Origin: Candidatus Dormiibacterota bacterium
Lineage (GTDB): Bacteria; Chloroflexota; Dormibacteria; Aeolococcales; Aeolococcaceae
Length of the DNA stretch: 64,000 nucleotides
Reading direction: 5' to 3'
Assembly (NCBI GenBank): GCA_963709585.1
Contig: CAVPXI010000004.1
Coordinates: 64,001 to 128,000 of the forward strand
In this document: positions 8,849 through 18,454 of the stretch, one piece after another
Layout of the letters: each line of letters starts with the position of its first letter
How positions within the stretch are numbered: position 1 is the stretch's first letter
The notes under the pieces: generated by a model
What the model saw: the letters and a program-made list of their open reading frames with translations, nothing else
Databases searched by the model: none
What the model was told of the DNA's origin: nothing
Made by a program: the position numbers and the translations under genes

Positions 8849-9867
8849 CGAAGCCGCCGCCTGCGCATGAGTACAGCAAGCACGACGCCGGCTGCGATGA
8901 AAACGAATGCTCCCGCCGCGATCAGTGGAAGCGCTCCGCCAGAGCTGAGCGTCACTGCTGCGGTCACACCTGTCAGCAGACCGAGGCTCGCACCGGCGCT
9001 GCCTACTGCGTTGAACGCGCTGGGTAGACGGACGTGGTGGATCGGGACCCAGGGCGCGAGGCGTGGAATCAGGATCGGCGTGGCCGGGGCAGGGCGGTGG
9101 GTCGTCGTTACCACGTGCCGCACGCTGACGTGAGGAGCGCTGGCACGCGCGATGCGCTCGATGACGATCGCCATATCGCCGTAGATAGTGAGGGTTCGGG
9201 CGAACTGGGCCATGGTCGTGCCGTTGTAGGAGCCGGTCAGCGGGTCGCTGAACTCGAGCGTTCGGGCCGTCGTGTTCACGCCCATGAGCACCACGACGTG
9301 GCCGGCCTCGGTCCACGGCACCGTCCGACCATCCCATGCTTTCCAGGTTCGGGCGGTTTGCGACGAGTAGTCGACCGTCGTCCACACGAGCACCGGGTGA
9401 CCGGCCTCGACCGCGGCGTAGAGCGCCTGGGGAGTCCACCCGGTGAGCTGTGTCGCGACTGGCACGCCGAGGGACTGCGCGACGCGCGCGACGACCGGCG
9501 CGTACGCTCCCCAGCCGGCGTACTGGGCCCAGTGCGGATTGCTGCCGGGCTCGGAACCCATCACGTGTCCGACGAAGCTTGTGTACGGGTCGCCCCATTG
9601 CGCTGGGAGGCCGTCGGCGCCAAGCACTGGGGCGCGGGTATCGGTGGGAAAGTGACCCTGCACGTATTGCTGGGTCGTGCGCACACCGATGGACTCCAGG
9701 GCGATGGTCAGCGAGGCAGCTTCGCAGTCGAGCGGCATCTGCATCCGTTGCGTACCTACCGTGAGCCGGACCATCGCAGCGTCGGCCGTGACGGGAGCTG
9801 TCGCCAAGGCAACAGCGCCCATTCCGAGGGCGACGATCGCGGCGGTCCCCCTCTGCGCATGGACCAC
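8836..9867 (-). CDS. C39-family cysteine peptidase with signal peptide and C-terminal membrane anchor
   Basis: QMPLDCEAASL, GHVVVLMG, FSDP catalytic motifs; Pro/Thr linker; TM plus RRRR tail. Confidence 0.8.
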   Translation of the reverse strand: MVHAQRGTAAIVALGMGAVALATAPVTADAAMVRLTVGTQRMQMPLDCEAASLTIALESIGVRTTQQYVQGHFPTDTRAPVLGADGLPAQWGDPYTSFVGHVMGSEPGSNPHWAQYAGWGAYAPVVARVAQSLGVPVATQLTGWTPQALYAAVEAGHPVLVWTTVDYSSQTARTWKAWDGRTVPWTEAGHVVVLMGVNTTARTLEFSDPLTGSYNGTTMAQFARTLTIYGDMAIVIERIARASAPHVSVRHVVTTTHRPAPATPILIPRLAPWVPIHHVRLPSAFNAVGSAGASLGLLTGVTAAVTLSSGGALPLIAAGAFVFIAAGVVLAVLMRRRRLRCAG

Positions 9868-9937
9868 CCCATCACTCTACGAGCGGCGGTAATTCGGATG
9901 GTCGCGAGCCGGACACGACATATACTGGCCCCGGCCT

Positions 9938-10029
9938 GGGGAGGTGGCTGAGAGGCTGAAAGCGCCCGCCTGCTAAGCGGGTGAGGATCTTAAGTCCCTC
10001 CGGGGGTTCGAATCCCCCCCTTCCCGCCA
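9938..10029 (+). tRNA. tRNA-Ser(GCT)
   Basis: GGGGAGGTGGCTGAGAGGCTGAAAGC...CCCGCCTGCTAAGCGGG...GGTTCGAATCCCCCCCTTCCCGCCA; TATACT at 9921-9926 upstream. Confidence 0.96.
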
Positions 10030-10149
10030 GGCCGGGGACGTGATCGCGAGTGGTACCAGCACCATCCTTGCTCGCATGCTGGCAGCCTTCCGCTCACGTG
10101 GCCGGCGGACTACGTTGGCGGCGGACGATCGAAGACTACTTACATAGAG

Positions 10150-10596
10150 GTGACCGTGAACGAGTTCGACATCGTGACTGTCATTCACCGGCCAATGGAT
10201 CAGGTCTTTGCCTTTCTCGTAGACACCGACAAGGCTGCCGACTGGAACCCCCAGGTGACGGAAGCGAGAAAGACGAGCGATGGACCGCTCGGCGTGGGCA
10301 CCACCCTGCTGTATGTCGGAAAGTTCCTGGGACGCTGTTTCGAATCGGTCTCGGAATGCACCGACTTCACTCCCAACCAGAGATTCAGCACCAAGACGAT
10401 CTCCGGCCCTTTCCACCTCGAAATCGAGAACACGCTGAGTTCGGTCGATGGCGGAACCAGGCTCGCAACCATCTATCGAGGCGAGAGCCGGGGCTTTTCC
10501 AAGCTCGCCGAGCCGGTGATCGTGCGCCTGACCAAGAAACAGTTCGAAACCGCGACGGAGAACTTGAAGGCGCTGCTTGAAGCCGAAGGCACGTAG
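10150..10596 (+). CDS. SRPBCC/polyketide cyclase-like protein
   Basis: IHRPMDQVFAFLVD...WNP...LKALLE pattern. Confidence 0.85.
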   Translation: MTVNEFDIVTVIHRPMDQVFAFLVDTDKAADWNPQVTEARKTSDGPLGVGTTLLYVGKFLGRCFESVSECTDFTPNQRFSTKTISGPFHLEIENTLSSVDGGTRLATIYRGESRGFSKLAEPVIVRLTKKQFETATENLKALLEAEGT

Positions 10597-10827
10597 AAGA
10601 TCCGCGAGGCCCCGCGCTACGCATTGGGGTCTGGCCGTGGCCGACGTGAGCCTCCGATGGTCAGGTAATGTCCCGGCACAGCAGGTTGCGAGGCGGCGGA
10701 GATCTCTGGTAGTCTGACGCGATTGGCTCGTTCTGTAAGATAGTCACGAGCGGGGAGGGGACAGCGTGGGGGGAGGCAGCATGAGGCCGGTATTCAGCGG
10801 CATGGCCTTGGGTCCGGCGAGATCGGC

Positions 10828-12213
10828 GTGAGCTTGAGCTTCAGCAACGGCGCGACGCTGCATCTACTCCTCACGCTCAGCGTCCTGCTGGTCGCCGTCC
10901 ACTCCGTCGGGTTCCTCTTCGTGAAGCTGCGCCAGCCGAGGGTGGCCGGCGAGATCATCGCGGGTCTGGCCCTTGGCCCGACATTGCTCGGACTGCTGCG
11001 TCCCGATCTCTCGCACCAGATAATCGCCGGGACGGCGTCAACGACCGCGGTGCTTGGGGCGATCTACCAACTGGGTCAGTTGCTCCTGATGTATTGCGCC
11101 GGAGCAACCCTGCGGTCCCATCGGCGTCGCGGAGAGGGGCGGACGACGTCGCTGATCGCGCTGATCGGCAACCTCATCCCGTTCGCCGCCGGCGCCGGCT
11201 TCCTGCTGGTTCTCAACCCAGGAGGCTTGATCGGTTCTGCATCGAACCACATATCGCTGCTCATCGTCTTCTCGTGCGGTATCGCCGTCACCAGCATCCC
11301 GGTGATCTCACGCATTCTCGCGGATCTCGGTTTGCTGCGGACTGCGTTTGCACGCATGGTCCTCACCGTCGCACTCATCGACGATGTGGTCCTCTACGTC
11401 CTGCTCAGCATCGCGGTCGGCCTCGTCGCGACCCCTTCCACCGATAGCTTCGCTCTCCCGAGCCTGCTCTCGATCCACCCTGGCTCGATCCTGTCCGATG
11501 CCTACTATGTGATCGTATCGATTGCGATCTTCGGGCTCCCGCTCGCCTTCGGTCGCTCACTCGTCGAGAAGATGGGCGCGCTGCGCTTCAATTTCCTGGG
11601 ACGCAGCAATGCTTTGGCCTTCCAGATCGTCTTCATGCTGGTGATGACGAGCATCGCCTTGTTCTTCGGTATATCACCCATCTTCGGGGCGTTTGTCGCC
11701 GGGATTCTGGCCGGGACGCTCTCGACCAGCGAGGAAGAGGGTGGAACCGTCTCGATCGATGCCGTCCGCGCTCAGGCAAGTATCCAGAGCTTCTCATTCG
11801 CCTTCTTCATCCCCATCTACTTCGCGATTGTGGGGCTGAAGCTCGACCTCATCCACCAGTTCGACATCCCGTTCTTTGCCGCCTTCCTTGTCTATGCGTG
11901 CGTCGTCAAGGCGCTCAGCGTGTACGCCGGAGCACGCGTGGCGGGCGAGGGGCGCGAGAGCGCGATCAATCTGGCGATGGCGCTGAATGCTCGCGGCGGA
12001 CCAGCGATTGTCATGGCCTCGGTGGCCTTCGACGCCCACATCATTTCTCAGAAGTTCTATGTCGACCTGGTGCTGTTGGCGCTGGTCACCTCGGTGATAG
12101 CTGGAGCATGGCTGGACAGGGTTCTCCGCACGGGAACCTTCTTCGAGCAAGCACAGCAACCGAGCCGCATCGGTGCGGATGGAGCCCCGTCGCGCGGCGA
12201 AGTCGTCGCGTAG
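10828..12213 (+). CDS. Cation:proton antiporter (CPA2/Kef-like)
   Basis: LRQPRVAGEIIAGLALGPT, AVTSIPVISRIL, ALIDD, MNARG-like motif, many TM helices. Confidence 0.92.
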   Translation: MSLSFSNGATLHLLLTLSVLLVAVHSVGFLFVKLRQPRVAGEIIAGLALGPTLLGLLRPDLSHQIIAGTASTTAVLGAIYQLGQLLLMYCAGATLRSHRRRGEGRTTSLIALIGNLIPFAAGAGFLLVLNPGGLIGSASNHISLLIVFSCGIAVTSIPVISRILADLGLLRTAFARMVLTVALIDDVVLYVLLSIAVGLVATPSTDSFALPSLLSIHPGSILSDAYYVIVSIAIFGLPLAFGRSLVEKMGALRFNFLGRSNALAFQIVFMLVMTSIALFFGISPIFGAFVAGILAGTLSTSEEEGGTVSIDAVRAQASIQSFSFAFFIPIYFAIVGLKLDLIHQFDIPFFAAFLVYACVVKALSVYAGARVAGEGRESAINLAMALNARGGPAIVMASVAFDAHIISQKFYVDLVLLALVTSVIAGAWLDRVLRTGTFFEQAQQPSRIGADGAPSRGEVVA

Positions 12214-12276
12214 CCACCTCGCGTCCGTCCTAACGAGAAGGATTATCTGGAGACGTTTCGTGCGGCGTCAGCCGAT

Positions 12277-12717
12277 TCAGTCGCTGGGTTCACGCCACGC
12301 GAACACGCTCGTGCCGATCAGCAGTGCAGTGGCTGCCAGAGCCAGGAAGAATCCCGGACCCAGGTATGGCTTGACGGTCAGAGAATCCGCGCGACCAAGA
12401 TTGTCGATGTACTCGATGTACATCCCCAAGGTGAAAGCAAAGTCGAGCGCGACCAGGGAAAACCGTATGAATCCGCCGGGCGGCGCACGCACGAGCGCCA
12501 CAGCGAGGGCGAGGATCGCCACGGCGCCCACGAGGATCCAGTTCGCCTGCTGTAGGCCATCGACAATCTCGTAGGTGCCCGTCGAGCTGATCACAGCCAC
12601 CCAGTGCAGCGGCATCGAGCCCACATAGACGGCCGAGACGACGAGGAGCGCTGCGATGGCCTTTCGTCGGGGTCGGTACGGTCCGGCCTCGTACGCCGAG
12701 AGCGGCCTTAGCGACAA
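12277..12717 (-). CDS. Hypothetical membrane protein
   Basis: 146 aa, 4 TM, ends GPGFFLALAATALL. Confidence 0.65.
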   Translation of the reverse strand: MSLRPLSAYEAGPYRPRRKAIAALLVVSAVYVGSMPLHWVAVISSTGTYEIVDGLQQANWILVGAVAILALAVALVRAPPGGFIRFSLVALDFAFTLGMYIEYIDNLGRADSLTVKPYLGPGFFLALAATALLIGTSVFAWREPSD

Positions 12718-12811
12718 GCGCGTCCACCTGTCATACCCAGATCACCCTATACCGACTGCACCCGAAAGATGCCACGTGGCCACCAGTTGATCCTGAACAA
12801 CCCGCTCGCGG

Positions 12812-13810
12812 TCACCCCTCCCGCGCGCGAACGTAGCGGATCCGCGGATCGACGCACGCGTATACGAGATCGGTGATCAGTGACCCGACGACCGTCAGCA
12901 CTCCTCCGATCAGGATCGCGCCGAGCATGGTGTAGAAGTCCCTGTTCATCGCGGCGTTCCAGAGGGTCATGCCCAAGCCGGGATATCCGAAGAGCACTTC
13001 GACGATAAGCTGCGCACCGAATATCTGGGGAAGGCGCGTTCCCAGCAGCGTGATGATCGGAAGCGACGCGTTGGGCATCGCGTGGCGCAGGCTGACTCGC
13101 GATCGCGATGCGCCCTTGGCTCGCGCCGTGGTGATGTAATCCTTCGCCAGCTCCTCCACAGTCGACGCCCGGAGGTATCGGCTGAACAGCGCGACCGTTC
13201 CTATCGACAAGGTGAGCGTGGGAAGGATCAGTGCCGCCGGGTCGGCGAGGACATCGCCGGTGGTCCAGTCGGGCGTATTCAGATCGAGCCAGTGCCAATC
13301 GCTTGAGAGCACGAGGATGAGCAGGGTGCCGAGAAGGAACGGGGGGATCGAGTAGAGCGTCATCGAGGTGATGTTCGAGAGGTGCGCACCTCGGCGCCGC
13401 CGTCTCGCCGCCTCGTACAGGGCGATCGGTACGGTGCCTGCCACCACAACCAGCGTCGAGAGGCCTGTGAGGATGAGAGAGTTGATCATGGGACCCTTGA
13501 CCAGCGACCCAAGATCAAGGTCGACGGGCAGACCCTCGAAGGGATTGATCTGATCGGCGAAGCCGGGAGGGGTGAAGGCGATTCTCCCCCGCAGGAGATT
13601 GCCGAGAAAGGCGAGGTACTGGACCGGAATCGGCTCGTCGAGTCCGTTCTGGTGGTCGTAGATCGCCCACTGTGCAGGGCCCACGCGCGGCCCGAGCATG
13701 ATGTGCCCCTGGTCGCCGGGCAGCAGGTGTTCGAGGATGAATACCACCGTCGCCACACCGACGACCACCAGTGCCGCCTGGAGAACGCGGCTGACGAGGT
13801 ATCTGAACAC
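12812..13810 (-). CDS. Peptide/nickel ABC transporter permease (DppB/OppB-like), orphan
   Basis: FRYLVSRVLQ, GLDEPIPVQY, DYITTARAKGAS (EAA loop), VEVLFGYPGLG, DPRIR. Confidence 0.9.
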   Translation of the reverse strand: MFRYLVSRVLQAALVVVGVATVVFILEHLLPGDQGHIMLGPRVGPAQWAIYDHQNGLDEPIPVQYLAFLGNLLRGRIAFTPPGFADQINPFEGLPVDLDLGSLVKGPMINSLILTGLSTLVVVAGTVPIALYEAARRRRRGAHLSNITSMTLYSIPPFLLGTLLILVLSSDWHWLDLNTPDWTTGDVLADPAALILPTLTLSIGTVALFSRYLRASTVEELAKDYITTARAKGASRSRVSLRHAMPNASLPIITLLGTRLPQIFGAQLIVEVLFGYPGLGMTLWNAAMNRDFYTMLGAILIGGVLTVVGSLITDLVYACVDPRIRYVRAREG

Positions 13811-13887
13811 CTCGTCTAATCTCTCAGGTCGGGGGCGCGCGAGCGCCCGCGTCGACCACGTCCCCCACACCACTGAAGGAGGGCAGT

Positions 13888-14715
13888 ATGAGCAGTCTGC
13901 TGGCGCGGGTGAGTGCCGCATTCGACCCGACCGATCTGAAGCGCATCTGTGAGCAGCAGGACTTCAGTGCCTACGCGACCAAATACCCTCTGAAAGAGAG
14001 GAGCTTCGGTGGGAGCAGGTACAGGAATCGCTTCTACTATCACAAGGACAATGGCAGCCAGATCCTTGCTGTAGCTCACCTGGACCATATCTGGCCCAAT
14101 GCCGGCTGTTCTGTGATCGAGACGGCAGGGGGGCTGCTCGCACTCTCCGGCGCTCTTGACGATCGCCTTGGTGTGTACGTCATATTGGAACTGCTGCCCA
14201 ACCTGGACATTAGCTGTGACTGGCTCCTTAGCACCGATGAAGAGGTTGGCCTCACCACGGCTGCCGACTTCCGCATCGACAAGCAGTACAACTGGATGAT
14301 CAGCTTCGATCGAGGTGGCCGCGACGTCGTCATGTACCAGTACGACACGCCAGAGCTGCGGCGAAGTGTCAAGGCCGCGGGCGGGACGCCGGGGGAGGGG
14401 TCCTTCGGCGACATCTCCGCCCTATCCCATCTCAACTGCGCTGGCCTGAATTGGGGGGTTGGATTTTACGAGTACCACGGCCCGCGCTCACACGCGTGGC
14501 TCAACGACACCTTTGCGCTCGTCGCACAGTTCGTGCGCTTCTACCGCGTGAACGCACGGCGCGAGTGGCGCATGAACACAAAGCCCATGTCCCCCAGCAG
14601 AGCGGCTGTGGCCGCCGCGACAGCTGTCCGGCGACGTTTGCGGCGGGGGGCGCTCACGAGGGCAGCGGAAGCCGACGTTGCTCGGATGCTCGCTCCGAGC
14701 AGGCTGCGACGGTGA
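13888..14715 (+). CDS. Zn-dependent M28-like hydrolase
   Basis: AHLD, GALDDRLGV, TDEEVG, SFDRGG, late His motifs. Confidence 0.7.
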   Translation: MSSLLARVSAAFDPTDLKRICEQQDFSAYATKYPLKERSFGGSRYRNRFYYHKDNGSQILAVAHLDHIWPNAGCSVIETAGGLLALSGALDDRLGVYVILELLPNLDISCDWLLSTDEEVGLTTAADFRIDKQYNWMISFDRGGRDVVMYQYDTPELRRSVKAAGGTPGEGSFGDISALSHLNCAGLNWGVGFYEYHGPRSHAWLNDTFALVAQFVRFYRVNARREWRMNTKPMSPSRAAVAAATAVRRRLRRGALTRAAEADVARMLAPSRLRR

Positions 14716-14722
14716 GCGCCAG

Positions 14723-15352
14723 CTAGGGAGCCAGCCCGCGGAGAACCGCGTCGACGTAGAGTCGCGACACTCGCTCCGCAAGGCGATAGGGATCCTTCTC
14801 ACGAATCCGCTCGCCCAGCCGGCCACTGATCCACAGCGCCGCCAGACCGTGAACCATCGACCACGCCGAGACCGCAACGACCTCAGGGTCGTTGCTTCCC
14901 AGGAAACCCTCTGACTGGCATCGAGCGATGGTGCTGACCAGCAGCGAGTAGGCGGCGTCGCTGGCTGCGGCGAAGTCTGGATCGTCCACATTCAGGATAT
15001 CGAGCCGAAACATGACCTCGAACCGGCCCGGATTGGCGAGTGCGAACCTGACGTAGCCGCGACCGACGGCTTCGAGGACGGAAGGACCATCGACGGGTCG
15101 CGCCTCGTCGATCGCCGCCAGCACCGCGCTCGCCAGCTGCAGGTAGCCCTGGGTCGCGAAGGCGGTCAGGAGGCCGGCTTTGTTCTCGAAGTGGTGGGCA
15201 GATGCGGCGTGCGTGACCCCGACCTGGCGAGCCACAGCCCGCAGCGAGACGTGGCCGACGCCACGTTCCCGAACGACCTGTTCGACGGCGTCCACCAATG
15301 CCACCTTCAAACCCCCGTGGTGATAGGGGCGAACATGCGGCTTGACTGTCAT
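14723..15352 (-). CDS. TetR/AcrR family regulator
   Basis: PYHHGGLK, SLRAVARQVGV, HHFENKAGLL, AWSMVHGLA. Confidence 0.92.
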   Translation of the reverse strand: MTVKPHVRPYHHGGLKVALVDAVEQVVRERGVGHVSLRAVARQVGVTHAASAHHFENKAGLLTAFATQGYLQLASAVLAAIDEARPVDGPSVLEAVGRGYVRFALANPGRFEVMFRLDILNVDDPDFAAASDAAYSLLVSTIARCQSEGFLGSNDPEVVAVSAWSMVHGLAALWISGRLGERIREKDPYRLAERVSRLYVDAVLRGLAP

Positions 15353-15369
15353 CTAACCGATGGTAAGAT
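15351..15369. promoter_or_regulatory. Candidate TetR operator
   Basis: Palindrome ATCTAACC-GAT-GGTAAGAT (one mismatch) over the TetR start, in a divergent intergenic region. Confidence 0.55.
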
Positions 15370-15403
15370 GCTCGGACCGCGGCTAACGATAGAGGAGGAG
15401 CCG

Positions 15404-15544
15404 GTGAGCAAGATCGAATACGGGGGCACTCTGGTCTGCAGTATCAATGTTTCCGATCTGTACCGATCCGTTCGGTGGTATCGGGATGGCCTTGGAGCCA
15501 CCCTGACGCTTGCCGAGCCGAACCAGCGTGACCAAGCCTCATAG
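15404..15544 (+). pseudogene. Truncated VOC/glyoxalase-family gene
   Basis: GAGGAGGAG SD, then VSKIEYGGTLVCSINVSDLYRSVRWYRDGLG (VOC N-terminus), stop after 46 aa. Confidence 0.55.
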
Positions 15545-15552
15545 CGACTGCG

Positions 15553-16032
15553 ATGACGCTTGAGTCCCAGGACGGAAAGGCAACCACAACGCGAACGACG
15601 TTCCGACTGGCAATCGTCGTCACGACGTCGATCGAAGCACCGACTATGACCATCTGGAAGCTTCTGACCGATATCCGCGCGCAGTCGAAATGGAACTCGA
15701 CCTTGACGAGCATCGAAGGTGCGATCGCATTTGGCGAACGCGTCTCGTTCAAAGTGCACGAAGCGCCGCGTCAGACCTTCAGCCCGAAAGTCGTCGCCTA
15801 CGACGAGCCGAAGTCGATGGTGTGGCGCCTGAATCGGTGGCCACTGATTGTGAGCGAGCGGACGTATCAACTCACCCCTGGGGCGCATGGCTCGACCGAG
15901 ATCACGATCACCGAGGTCTTTCAAGGCCTTTTGCTGCCCCTGATCGCAAAGTCACTGCCGGATTTCGGAGCGATGTTCGAGCGCACCACCCTGGATTTGA
16001 AAGCCGCAGCCGAGGCACCCGCGCCCGCCTGA
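15553..16032 (+). CDS. SRPBCC family protein
   Basis: IEAPTMTIWKLLTD...WN, EVFQGLLLP, DLKAAAE. Confidence 0.85.
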   Translation: MTLESQDGKATTTRTTFRLAIVVTTSIEAPTMTIWKLLTDIRAQSKWNSTLTSIEGAIAFGERVSFKVHEAPRQTFSPKVVAYDEPKSMVWRLNRWPLIVSERTYQLTPGAHGSTEITITEVFQGLLLPLIAKSLPDFGAMFERTTLDLKAAAEAPAPA

Positions 16033-16142
16033 CCGCATTCGCGGATGCGAGCGCACGATCGCGACCCGCGCTGGGGCGCAGGAGACCCGACAGTTTTTCG
16101 GGAAAGAAACGACAGGTTATAGTCGCGCCAAGGAAGCTACAC

Positions 16143-16727
16143 ATGAGCAAATTGGACCAACCAAGTCGATCCAAGCTCGTAGCGTGGCTGGCAGGCTTTG
16201 TCGTCGTCTTCGCCGCTGTGTCTTGGTTCGTCACGGGGGGAATGCCTTTGCAGGGCGCGCCGCTGCCGCTGGCCCACAACCATCCGGCCACCTTCCCGCT
16301 ACCGGGAACCACACCAGTCGTCTATTGCCCGTCTCACCAATTGAAGGTCGTTGGAATCTACGACGAATGTGCCACGGCCGAGGCCAAGAGTTCAACCTGC
16401 GGGGTATACGGCCACATGCTTGACCAGGTGCTCCGCTTTTCCGGCAACCACCAGGCATTCACGCTCGAACTCCAAATCGACGGCGCCTATGATGGTCCCG
16501 GCACGTATGAGTTGGCACCGTCTCGTCCGCTGGGTACGAGTTCGGCGGTACCAAAGGTCGCCATGTTTGCGACGGGCGTATACTGGCAATCGATCGACGG
16601 AGTTCTAACCGTTACAGGCAGCGATGGGCGGTCGGGAACCGTGAATGTCTGGCTCCAGACCTCCAATGGCACCGCTATTGTCCTGGGTCCGACGATCAAC
16701 GTTATTGGGCCGTGGAGTTGCCCTTGA
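16143..16727 (+). CDS. Hypothetical exported protein
   Basis: ATG after AGGAAG; N-terminal TM, beta-rich, ends GPWSCP. Confidence 0.65.
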   Translation: MSKLDQPSRSKLVAWLAGFVVVFAAVSWFVTGGMPLQGAPLPLAHNHPATFPLPGTTPVVYCPSHQLKVVGIYDECATAEAKSSTCGVYGHMLDQVLRFSGNHQAFTLELQIDGAYDGPGTYELAPSRPLGTSSAVPKVAMFATGVYWQSIDGVLTVTGSDGRSGTVNVWLQTSNGTAIVLGPTINVIGPWSCP

Positions 16728-16895
16728 CGGACGCGCGGGTCCGCCTGGAAATTGGCGAGCCGGCAGTAGACATCGCGCGCTGATCCGACGCCTTGATGAC
16801 GGCCATGTCGATGAGTGATTTCGGTGCTAGGTTCCACATATGGCTTCTTCGGTGGCGAATCGGGAAGCGCGGAAGGGAACGCGCGCGTGCTCACG

Positions 16896-18394
16896 TTGAG
16901 CGTGCGCCCCGCCTCGATCGTTGTCGGTTTTGCCCTGGCGGCGAGTCTCGCCGTGGCCGCCTGCGGTGCTCCGTCGCCCGGCACTGTCTTGTCAGCGGTG
17001 TCCTGCTCTGTTCCCCGGCTCAACGCGGTGGGCAGCGCTACCGCGAACTCCTGCCGCCAAGAAGTCTCGGCATCGCCACGCCGATATGGTCTGGCGCAAT
17101 CGGGCGTCCCTCGACTGTCGTGGGTGGTACCGCCTATGGGACTGGGCCACAAGGGCGTTGCACCCTGGCCTTTGATGTCGCGACCGGGCGGCCGGACTGG
17201 ACTGTCGCCCCGCCGGCTGACCATCCCAACCTGTTTGACGTCGTGGCCGATGCGACAACCGTCCTCGCCGCGATCGGGCATGACGTGGGACAACCGCCGG
17301 GCTTGGTCGCGCCGCTCATCAACGGGCTCGCCGCGTACGACTCGGCGACGGGTCGCGAGAGGTGGAGCGTCACATTCCCGGATGATGGGCAGAAGATTCC
17401 TGCTCTCCTGACCGGATCGACTGTGGTCGTGTCCGAGGAAGACGGAACGCTGCTCGGTCTGAGCGAGCAGACGGGCCATCAGTTGTGGCGCGATCGCGCA
17501 CAACGGGGCTGCCCTGACGACATGCCCCCGGGTTTTCAGCCGAACGCCGCGGTGATCGGGCAGGGTCCTCCGGTCGACGGCACCCCGACCGCGATCGTCC
17601 TCACCTGCGAAGGCGGAAGCATGGTTGGCGTTGACGCCGCGAATGGCGCGATGCGATGGACATGGGAGGTCCCGGCGGGTTGGAACCTTGACCCGCAGTT
17701 CTCGAACACGGTCGATGCCGGGACACCCGGAGGAGTCGCCGTTGCCGCGTTCATCGGCCTGATCCCTCCAGCCAACGCGCCCAAAAGAATTGCCGCACCT
17801 CCCAGCCCGCTGCGCCCTACCAGGATCGACAACGCCTACGGACTCGAAGCCGGCGGTGACATGGTGGTGCTCGACGGTCTCACCGGTCGAGTGCGCTGGG
17901 ATCTTACCGGTGTCGTCGGGTCAGTATTGCCGGTCGGCGGTGCGGGAAGCATCTGTGTCGTCACCGACTCCGGTATCGACTGCAGGCGCGCAGCCGATGG
18001 CAGTCCGCGGTGGGCGACCAACTGGGTGGCGACGAATGCGAGCCAGCAATGGCCCGCGCTCGGCTGCATGAGCCTTGCCGGTGGGGCGCAACCCTGCGTC
18101 ATCACCGCCGGTGACCTCCTCTACGTCGCGCTGCCGACGGCCTCCACTCCCGCATACCGACCGCTGCCGGGCCCACAAAGTCCGCCGGGGATCTTCGTGT
18201 TGACCTCACTTCGATTGGACACGGGCAAAGTCATGACCCGACTTCCGCTCCCTGCATTCGTCGATTCTCAATCCAGCATCGCCATCTCGCTGGCGTCACC
18301 TCCTGGCATCCTTACTGTGGGTGACGGGTTCGCGCTGGTGACCCCGGAGTACGCAGAGACAGATGAGGTTCAAGCGTTTGTGATGCCTCATTAG
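16896..18394 (+). CDS. PQQ-like beta-propeller lipoprotein (one frameshift near 17045)
   Basis: Lipobox LAVAAC in one frame; repeated D..TGR.RW blades in the other. Confidence 0.7.
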
Positions 18395-18454
18395 CGCATC
18401 TCGGTCAGCGCCAGGTCATGGCACTCCCGGCGGGCGCCTTGACTTCCAGCCGAG

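Noticed and set aside
7916-9598. Long N-terminal extensions on FAH, the PaaZ-like gene, RidA, ImuB and the amidohydrolase
   Set aside because: They overlap upstream genes in another frame; starts were reset to the family N-termini
10600-10780. Riboswitch upstream of the antiporter
   Set aside because: No recognisable aptamer consensus by eye
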